Assembly (NCBI RefSeq): GCF_018977255.1
Contig: NW_024704742.1
Span: 137,146,001 to 137,210,000 of the forward strand
Length of the DNA: 64,000 nucleotides
Origin: Callorhinchus milii
Taxonomy: Eukaryota
Direction of reading: 5' to 3'
Positions 53,720 to 64,000 of this stretch are shown piece by piece (within the stretch, counting starts at the first letter, position 1; each line of letters opens with the position of its first letter). The notes below the pieces were generated by a model. The model saw only the letters and a program-made list of their open reading frames with translations. It was not told the origin of the DNA and made no database searches. A program made the position numbers and the translations under genes.

Positions 53720-55889
53720 CTGCAACGGGACAGTGAGGGGGGAAATCCCCGTACCCTCCGCTCCCCCAGCGCCGGCCGCGCTTTCAGCCATTATGCCCCG
53801 AAACTCTGGAACTCTCTCCCCCAACACTTGTCCCCTCCGACCCCATCTTCAGGGGCTCCTCGAGTGGCTGAAGCCCGTGGCCACTGATCAGCACCAGACA
53901 CACAGAGAGACACACACACACACACACACACACACACGTACACACATAAACAGACGTACAAACACAGACGTACACACACACACAGAAACACACACACACA
54001 CACACACAGACACACAAACAGACATACAAACACAGACCTACAGATGCACATACAGACACACAGACACAAACTCAGAGACAAACACACAGACACACACACA
54101 CATACAAACACAGTGACACACACACAGACACACGCAGACACGCAGGCGCACACATACAGACCCACACAGATGCACACACACAGACACGCGCGCAAACAGA
54201 CCCACCCCCACAGAGACACACGCACACAGACACACACACACACACACACCATACAGACACACACACACATATAAACAACAAAATTACATTTATATCGCGC
54301 ATTTCACGTCGGGAGAATGTCACAGACACAGCCACAGACATACATACAGACACACTCAGACATATACATATACAGACAGACATACACACACACACACAGA
54401 CATGCACGCACACACAGACAGACACACACACATAGATGCAGACACACGCACACAGGTGCTCACACACACAGACACGCATACACACCCAGACAGACACACA
54501 CACACACAGAGAGACACACACAGAGAGAGACACACACACACAGAGACACACACACACAGACACACACACAGAGACAGAGAATTCCATAAATTCACTGCCC
54601 TCCGAGCGGAGAAATGTGTTCACCGTACACACATACAAACACAGTGACACACACACAGACGCACAGACACACACACACAGCGACACACACACACACTCAC
54701 AAAGTCGCACATACACAGAACCACACAGACGCGCAAACACACAGTTGCACACACACACACACACACAAACGTACACAGACACAGCCGTGCGCGCACACAG
54801 ATGCGAACCCACAGAGACACAGACACACACACCCACATAGACACATACACACACACACACAACACAGACACACACACACCATACAGACACACACACAACA
54901 ACAACAACAAAGTTACATTTATATAGCGCATTTCACGTCGGGAGAATGACATTCACACACAGACATACAGACACACACACACACGGACACACACACACCA
55001 TACAGCCACACACACACACACATACACACAGAGAAACAGACACACACACACAGACAGATACAGATAGACACACACATGGCTGGAATCCTTGTGCCTTCAG
55101 CCACTACTCCCCGAAACTCACATAGACAGAGACCCTCAGACAGACAGACACACACACACGCAGAAACAGACGCACACAGATACACACACACACACTCAGA
55201 GAAACACACACAAACACACACACATAGACAGACACAGACACAGATAGACACAGACACACACACGGCTGGAATCCTCGCGCCTCTCCCCCTCAACCCCTCG
55301 CCCCCTCCTTCCCCATCTTCAGGTCGCGACTCGAGTGGCTGAAAGCATTGCCACCGATTTGTAGACACGTGAGAGGTTCTTGAACTCGATCTGATCTGTG
55401 AGATAACAGACACCACGACAGAGACACACAGAGACAGAGAGACACAGAGACACACACAGAGAGACACACAGAGAGAGACATACACACAGAGAGACACACA
55501 CACAGACATACACTGAGAGATAGAGACACAGACATACACAGAAAAAGAGAGAGACACACACAAAGTAAGATGTGTACGGAGACACACACACACACAGACG
55601 TAACCACACAGACAGAGACATACACACACAGAGATATAAACGGAGACATACACACACACAGAAGTACACACACACAGACAGACATCCACACACTCATACA
55701 CTGATACACACCGAGAGACACACAGAGAGAGACACACACGGCGATATACATACAGGGACACACACACACGCAGACATACACAGAGAGAGATATACACAGC
55801 GAGAGACATTCACACAGAGACACACAGACAGAGAGACACACACATAAAGGGAGACATATACCCTCTCACACTGACTCACTCTCTCTTAC

Positions 55890-55919
55890 CAGGTTAATCT
55901 GCTGCTGGAGTCTCTCATT
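55890..55919 (-). pseudogene. Partial copy of the myosin V relay exon 3' end
   Basis: NERLQQQINL followed by a gtaaga donor; the 5' part is disrupted. Confidence 0.7.
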
Positions 55920-56277
55920 ACTCTCATTACCTGGAGTCTCTCAAGACTTCTCTCTTGCTCTCTGGCATCTCTTTCGCTGAAGAATTCCCACTCTCACCAA
56001 ATTCCTGCACAGAAATCCCACTCTGTTCCATCCTCACTCAGGTACGTCCTCGCTCTGCTGGGCTCTCTGCTCGAGGCCTTGGCTTTCAAGCAGAAACTTG
56101 TTGATGTAGAACAAGTCCATGAGCATTTGCGATTTTTCTTTGATCAACAGTTGGCCAATTCCAGGACAACCCAGAATTCTGGATAGAGTTAGTGATAGAG
56201 AGCAACAGAGAGAGCCAGAGAGAGAGAGGGAGAGAGAGCTAAAGCGAGAGAGTGAGCGAGAGAACCAGAGAGAGAGC

Positions 56278-56309
<32 letters not shown>

Positions 56310-57099
56310 GAGCTCAAGTGAGAGAGCGAGCAAGAGAACCAGAAAGAGAACCAGAGAGAGAGCCAGAGAGAGAGAGAGAGAGCCAGAGAGAGAACCAGTG
56401 AGAGAGAGAGAGACAGAGAGAGATGGAGTGAGAAAGCGACTCCGTTAAGAGGCCACACATCCCATCCCACACACAGCAATCTCCAAGTTGAGGGACATCC
56501 ATGGATCTCAAGCCCAGTGATGGGTCTCTCTCTATATGTGGCTCATGAACAACATCTGGCGACCAAACCTGTTGTCGAGCCGTGTCAGCAACACAAGCCC
56601 CAAACTGGTGACCAGCAGCTGTATTGGGTACCAAACAATGGGAGCATTACCGAGCAAGTTAGCCACCAGGTTGGTTACCAAATAAGGGCAGAACCTGGGA
56701 AACCATGTGCCTGCTGGGGGGGAGGGGGGGAGGGGGACGTGGGGTCTCCTTAGACCCCAACGGGCTTCAAGGTGACATACCTGGCAACAGGAAGTCAGCA
56801 CGGAACCAACCCTCGGTGGTAATCTCCATGGCAACCAATGGGCTTCGGTCTCCCTAAGACGTAGGAGCAGGAGTAGGGCATTCAGCCCCTCGAGCCTAAG
56901 CTACGGGGAGTCCTTACTCCACACGTCTGATAATAATCCCTCAAAGAAATAAGAAATTGGCCATTTCAACCCACGGCTGTTTGTGGGACACTATTGTGCA
57001 TAATTGGTTCCCACATTTCACCCACAAATATACAAATATACAGTCAATTCACTTTGCAGCCGATTCACAAATACCGTCCTCTGTCCAATCTATGACCCT

Positions 57100-57370
57100 C
57101 AGTCTTCAATATGTTGAAGGACTGAGCAGCCACAGCCTCTGGGGTAGAGAATTCCACAAATTCACTGCCCTCTGAGCGACAAAATGTTTCCTCAACTCAG
57201 TTCAAAAGGCTGACCCTTAATCTTGAGACTATGACCCCAGTTTCAGATTCTCCAAACAGTAAGACTTCTATGTGACTCCTTGTCAAATGCCTTCTGGAAA
57301 TCCAAATACACCACATCTACTGGTTCCCCTCTATCTAACCTGACAGGTACACCCTCAAAAAACTCTATAT
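57100..57370 (-). mobile_element. CR1 LINE fragments
   Basis: DRGEPVDVVYLDFQKAFDK. Confidence 0.85.
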
Positions 57371-57924
57371 GGTTTGAAACCCCAGAGATAGATGGTTGGA
57401 ATGGAATCCGCTCTCTCACTCTCTCCCTGGGGGGACACATCCTGTTTGCCTCATTTCCCAATGTACTGATTATATCTAATTAAACAATAGTGAAAGGATT
57501 AAATATAATAATTCAGGAAAATATTATGATCTTGTTCCCACTCAAGCTCTGTTAACCCTGCAAGCCAAAGCCATGGTCAGACTCCAGCAGTATCCCAACC
57601 CACACTCTGGGGTCCCCAAGCCTCGCCATCCAAGCCTGATATTGGTTAAACCATCACAGAAGTGGCTGGGAACACTCAGCAGGTCAGGCAGCATCTATGG
57701 AGAGAGGAAAGTGAGTCAACATTTCAGGTCGATGACCATAAGACCTTAAGACATAGGAGCAGGAGTAGGCCATCAAGCCCTCGAGCCTGTTCCGCATTTA
57801 ATAAGATCGTGGCTGATCTTCTAACCTAATTCCATTTACCCGCCCTATCCCCAGAGCCCTTAATCCCTCTCTCCTTTAGAAGTCTTTCCATTCTGATCTT
57901 TTATCAGAATTCTGATGTCAGCGA

Positions 57925-58400
57925 GTGATAGAGAGGGACAGAGAGTGAGAGATAGAGAGGAGACAGAGAGTGAGAGATAGACAGGGACAGAGAGTGAGAG
58001 ATAGAGAGAGAGACACAGAGTGAGAGATAGCGAGAGAGAGAGACAGAGAGTGAGGGATAGAGAGTGAGACACGGAGTGAGAGATAGAGAAAGCGAGAGAC
58101 AGAGATTGAGAGACAGAGAGAGAGAGACAGAGAGTGAGAGATATGGGGACACAGAGAGTCAGAGGTATAGAGACACAGAGAGTGAAAGACACAGAGACAC
58201 AGAGAGTGAGAGATATAGAGACACAGAGAGTGAGAGATGTAGAGACTCATAGAATGAGAGATATAGAAAGACAGAGAGTGAGAGATATCGAGAGACAGTG
58301 GGAAATATTGGGACACAAAGCGTGAGATAGATATATATATATAGAGAGAGAGAGAGAGAAATACAGACAGACAGAGATATAGACAGAGACAATGAGAGAA
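57925..58400. repeat. Degenerate (GA)n/GACA microsatellite
   Basis: Direct inspection. Confidence 0.9.
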
Positions 58401-58654
58401 AGAGATATTTGCTGACTCTAAAGGATGGGAATTAACAGGAAACTTCCATTTGATGCCGGGACTCATTATGCTGAGAAACCGTCTCAAAGTGCTTCACAGG
58501 GTTTTACTGTAAAGTGTAGTGACTGCGTTTGCAGACAAACATGTGGATGTCAGTCTGGTTGGATATTCTCAAGGCCAATGTGATGAATGTGGCGGACACC
58601 AGGCTGAACACAAACAGCTCTTCACTAATGAATGAGCATCAAATCCACTCTCAG

Positions 58655-59240
58655 GAACCCCCAGTCCTCCGCTAACCCAGTTTTAAATCTGTCTCGTCCT
58701 GTGCCCACAGCACGGAAACGGCTCTGGTCAAGGTCCCAAACGACTGTCTCGTGCGGTGTTCCTCAGGGCTCTGTCCTCGGTCCCCTCCTCTTCACCCTCT
58801 ACATGCTCCCCCTGTGGTGACATCATCCGCAAACATGGGGTAAATTTGCACACTCTGCGGATGACACCCAACTCTATCTCTCTGCCTCCCGCCTGAACTC
58901 CAGGACTACTGGGGTCCTGACCGACTGCCTGTCCCACATCAAGTCCTGGACGAGGGACAATTTTCTCCAAATCAACGTCAGCAAGACCGAGGCCCTCCTG
59001 ATTGGGTCGCGCCAGCAATCTCTGCCCACACACTCTGGAACTCCATCCCACGGCCCCTTCTCCTCGCTTCCTCCCTTGCCTCCTTCAAGTCCGGTCTCAA
59101 GACCCTTCTCTGCCTTCCCACACCCCTACCCCACCCCTCCCCGATGCTCGGGCCCCAACACCTGACTGTTCAGGGCTTTGGTACGTCCTCCCGATGAGAA
59201 GGGCGTCTCTATCAATATCATTTTGTTGTTGTGTTGTTGT
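58655..59240 (+). mobile_element. Internally deleted L2 LINE RT fragment
   Basis: [27 protein letters not shown]-like DNA, and an L2 tail. Confidence 0.85.
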
Positions 59241-59579
59241 TGTTCATGTTCCTGCAATCAATGATTAAATGGCCTCGGCCATAAAACATCTTCTGGAAGG
59301 TTTGAATTTTAATAAAATATAACAATCTTACATTCAATACAGCAATTCTCAAAGCGCTTATTTTAAAATCTGATGTGTAGTGACTGTGTATTATGCTGTG
59401 TTTGACTGTCCTCCTTGGGGTTGGGGGGAAGGTAAGTGGGGTCTCCCTGTCGCTGATCTGGCCCCAAGGTGACACATTGATGGCTTTGCCGAGGGGTCTC
59501 CAGGGACTGTAAGGGCTAAATAAACTTGTGACCCTGGGGGTGAAGTCAGGACCAACACAAATTCTTCAATCAATTGATA

Positions 59580-59874
59580 TTTATTAATACAAATGAGTAA
59601 AAAAATGACATTTCATCAAATCAAATGAATGCTGACGACAGGTTAGTAAAGTTCACCCAAATGGGTTGATGGGATCAATGTGGGGCTTTGATGTAGGAAT
59701 TGTCTTGTTAACGTGCAGTGATCCATGTTGGTTGGACTATATCCCTCTTCCCTCCAGATTGGCTGTGGGGAGTGAGTCCATTCTCTCTTCTCCGATATAA
59801 CCCCAAATCTCTGCCTCTTTCTCCCTTTTTGGTCCCAGACACCAGTCTGTTCAATGTCATGTTAGAAACACCGA
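59580..59874 (-). other. Second copy of candidate terminal exon
   Basis: Near-identical to 43307-43600. Confidence 0.45.
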
Positions 59875-60620
59875 CTGCAAACACAGGACAAACTTGATCA
59901 AAATTCCACCCGACTGAACCCAAACCAATCTATTGTTGGGCAAACCTTCAGCCACTGTCCACGAGGGTCTTCACACCCAAACCCAACCCACACACACCCA
60001 GACACACACTGACAGACACCCAGACACACACTGACAGACACACACACACACACACACACTGACAGGGCATAGACACACTCACACACACAGACACACAGGT
60101 ATACACACACAGACGCACACACACACACACACACACACCCACACGGCTGGAATCCTCGCGCCTTCAGCCACTACACCCGAAACTCTGGAACTCTCTCTCT
60201 CAACCCCTCGCCCCCTCCTTCCCCATCTTCAGGTCGTGACTCGAGTGGCCACCGATTTGTAGACAAGTGAGAGGTTCTTGAAATCGATTGGATCTGTGAG
60301 ATAACAGAAATAAAGACAGTTACAGAGAGAGAGACACACACAGAGACACGGAAAAAGGAGAGATACACACACACAGATAGACATACATACGGAGAGACAT
60401 TCACACAGAGACACAGAGAGAGACACACACACATAAAGGGAGACATATACCCTCTGACACTGACACACATGTAGAGAGAGACACAGAAAGACAGAAAGAC
60501 ACAGAGAGAGAGAGAGCGACACACACAAAGTAAGATGTTTACGGAGACACACACACACACACAGACATAACCACACAGACAGGCACCCACACACTCCCAC
60601 ACTGACTCCCACTCCCTTAC

Positions 60621-60702
60621 CGGGTTAATCAGCTGTTGGAGTCTCTCATTAAAGCCGTTGATGTCAAACTCTTCAAATCTGTTGATCTCAAATGTTTCAA
60701 AC
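60621..60702 (-). pseudogene. Degenerate class V myosin motor exon, second copy
   Basis: FETFEINRFEEFDINGFNERLQQLINP, with the same splice sites as 44325-44406. Confidence 0.85.
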
Positions 60703-61511
60703 CTGCAGTGAAACTTGGCTCAGGTTTGGCGGTGCCCAGGAATCCAACCCTGGTCCTCTGGCTTGCGGGGCGAGTGCTCTAACCACTACACCACAGGACT
60801 CCACAGGAACCTTTTCCATCTGGAAATAGAAATCCTTGTCTGCACCGCCTGAAAGAGGATAAGGCCGAGTTACCACACAAGACATCACCAGAGAGATTCG
60901 GGAGGAAAAGGCCTTTGGGCCCATTTGTTTGCAAACTTCCCCAACGTCAGCCCATCACAGCATCTCAACTGGTTTGGGGATCGAGTCCCGGCTCAACCTT
61001 AGTGGATCCCCCTCCACTGAGAGGGTGAGAGAGAGAGGGGGTGAGAGAGAGAGATAGAGAGAGTGAGGGAGAGCAAGAAAAAGAGAGATAGAGAGAGCGC
61101 GAGAGATAGAGAGAGAGAGAGAGAGAGGGGGTGAGAGAGAGAGAGTGAGAGATAGAGAGAGTGAGGGAGAGCAAGAAAAAGAGAGATAGAGAGAGAGCGA
61201 GAGATAGAGAGTGAGAGAGAGAGAGAGTGAGGGAGAGCAAGAAAGAGAGAGATAGAGAGAGAGCGAGAGATAGAGAGAGAGCGAGAGAGAGAGCAAGAGA
61301 GAGGGAGAGCAAGAGAGAGTGAGAGAGGGTGAGAGAGAGGGAGAGGGTGAGCCAGAGACAGAGAGAGCGAGACAGAGAGAAAGAGTGAGAGAAAGAGTGA
61401 GCCAAAGAGAGGGTGAGCCAGAGAGAGGGAGTGAGAGAGAGCGAGAGCGAGAGAATGGGAGAGCGAGAGAGAGAGAGCGACAGAGAGAGAGAGACAGAGA
61501 GAGAGAGAAAC

Positions 61512-61657
61512 CATTGCCACGTTTATGATGTTCCATAACAGACAGTTCAATATCTCATCCAAATGCCGTCTCCGTCCATGTTGTGGTTCTGGTAGAAATC
61601 ACTGCGCTCCTCCTCCTGCTCCTTCATGTCCTCCTCCTGCTCCAGTTTGAACACGAG
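61512..61657 (-). pseudogene. Full-length copy of the LVFKLEQ myosin V exon
   Basis: Same translation as 44813-44958, including the stop. Confidence 0.85.
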
Positions 61658-64000
61658 CTGCAACGGGACAGTGAGGGGGGAAATCCCCGTACCCTCCGCT
61701 CCCCCAGCGCCGGCCGCGCTTTCAGCCATTATGCCCCGAAACTCTGGAACTCTCTCCCCCAACACTTGTCCCCTCCGACCCCATCTTCAGGGGCTCCTCG
61801 AGTGGCTGAAGCCCGTGGCCACTGATCAGCACCAGACACACAGAGAGAGACACACACACACTCACACATATGTACACACACACACACACAAACAGACATA
61901 CAAACACAGACCTACAGATGCACGTACAACAACAACAACAACAACAAGATTCCATTGATAAAGCGCCTTTCACGTCAGGAGGACGTCCCAAGGCGCTGCA
62001 CAGTTGGGTCATGACCCGAGCATTGGGGGGGAAATGATCAGGGTGAGGGGAGGGAAGGGAGGGAGCGAGGAGGGGGGAAATGGTCAGGGTGAGGGGAGGG
62101 AAGGGAGGGAGCGAGGAGGGGGAAGAGAGTCGAGAGGGGAGCTGAAGGCTGAAGGTCAAAGAGAAAGGTCTTGAGACCGGCCTTGAAGGAGGAAAGGGAG
62201 GAGGCGGCGAAGGCACTGGGGATGGAGTTCCAGAGCCTCGGGGCTGAGAGGCTGAAGGCCACCGATGGTCGGGCGGTTGGGGCGGGGGACGTGGAGCAGA
62301 CCGGAGCCAGAGGAACGGAGGGTACGGGCAGGTAGGGAGGGGGATAGTAGGTCAGAGAGGTAGGAGGGAGCGAGGCCGTGAATGGCCTTGTAGGTGAGGA
62401 TGAGGATCTTCAAATCAAATACATACAGACACACACAGACACAAACTCAGAGACAAACACACAGACATACACACACACACAGACATACACACATACAAAC
62501 ACAGTGACACACACACAGACACACGCAGACACGCAGGCGCACACATACAGACCCACACAGATGCACACACACAGACACGCGCTCAAACAGACCCACCCCC
62601 ACAGAGACACACGCACACAGACACACACACACACCATACACACACACACACACACACAGACTATACAGACACACACACACATATAAACAACAAAATTACA
62701 TTTATATCGCGCATTTCACGTCGGGAGAATGTCACAGACACAGCCACAGATATACATACAGACACACTCAGACATATACATATACAGACAGACATACACA
62801 CACACACAGACATGCACGCACACACAGACATGCACACACATATAGATGCAGACACACGCACACAGGTGCTCACACACACAGACACACATGCAAACACAGT
62901 GACACACACACACAGACACACATACACAGAACACACAGACACAGATACGCACACACAGACATATCTACAGACACAGTGACACACACACAGACACTCGCAT
63001 ACACACCCACGCAGGCACACCCACACTCACACTCACACAGACCCATACAGAGGCGCGAACACACAGATGCACACACACAGACGCGTGCGCACACAGAAGC
63101 ACATCCACAAAGACACGCGCACACACACACACACACACACCATACAGACACACACACACCATACAGACACACACACCATACAGACACACACACACACCAT
63201 ACAGACACACACACACCATACAGACACACACACATACACAGAACAACAACAAAATTACATTTTTATAGCGCATTTCACGTCGGGAGAATGTCACACACAC
63301 AGACACAGACACAGATGCACACACCAGAGACGCACACACACACACACAAACAGACATACATATACACATACAGACACACACCGACATATACGCACACAGA
63401 CACAGACATACACACACCGACAGACACACACACACACGCAGACACACATAAGCAGACGCTCACACATGCAGACACACATACACACCCAGACAGACACACA
63501 CACAGACAGACAGACAGACAGACAGACAGGCACACACACACACGCACACAGACGCGCATACACACACAGAGGCGCACACACAGAGACAGGCAGACACATA
63601 TATACCCAGACAGATACACACACAGACACACATAAACAGACACCCTCAGACAGACACACACACAGACACACACACACATGCAGAAACACACACAAAAAAA
63701 ACATACACAGATAGACACAGGTACACAAACACAGACAGACACAGACACAGGAATCAGACACACTCATAGAAACACACGCACACACAAATACACACACATG
63801 TACACACACAAACAGACGTACAAACACAGACGTACACACACAAATAGAAACACGCGCATACACACACGTACACACAGACATACACACACAGACACACATA
63901 CACACAAACAGACATACAAATACAGACATACACACATAGAAACACACGCACACACATGTACACGTACACACGTACACACACACACACACACACACAGACA

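Larger units (their letters stand above)
44860..55860. repeat. Tandem 4-5 kb units made of myosin exon + L2 fragments + complex (CA)/(CAGA) microsatellite
   Basis: Recurring landmarks at about 44.9, 48.7 and 53.6 kb, plus repeated 'gcatttcacgtcgggagaat' L2-tail remnants. Confidence 0.85.
59483..64000. repeat. Segmental duplication copy 2 (runs off the window)
   Basis: Same order of terminal exon, L2 fragment, myosin exons, 44-bp repeat and CA-rich blocks as copy 1. Confidence 0.9.

Noticed and set aside
45950..55880. Many long ORFs, including 735 aa at 49451-51658
   Set aside because: CA/CAGA microsatellite artefacts fused to L2 fragments.
43300..61660. Intact functional myosin V gene
   Set aside because: Premature stops, frameshifts, incompatible exon phases and absence of the P-loop and most other exons.

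Overview
Repeat-rich vertebrate genomic DNA. The Deu-domain SINEs, L2 and shark-type CR1 fragments suggest a cartilaginous fish, possibly a holocephalan (inference). Two spliced + strand genes can be reconstructed by eye. SKOR2 runs from about 14744 to about 28818, with an apparent 1-nt frameshift in a G-run and an uncertain last exon. IER3IP1 is complete, with 3 exons and 82 aa (38185-41622), in the same order as on human chr18q21. Where HDHD2 would be expected downstream, the last 21 kb is instead a nested tandem/segmental duplication. It carries several degenerate class V myosin motor-domain exons on the minus strand (FETFEIN...NERLQQ and LVFKLEQEE.MKEQ...DFY), which keep their splice sites and are accompanied by a candidate poly(A) exon and a candidate RFX/CCAAT promoter. 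This myosin-derived array is the most unusual element, and it is more likely a pseudogene or non-coding unit than an intact motor gene. Most long ORFs in the supplied track are microsatellite artefacts. All homologies are from recalled sequences and were not searched.
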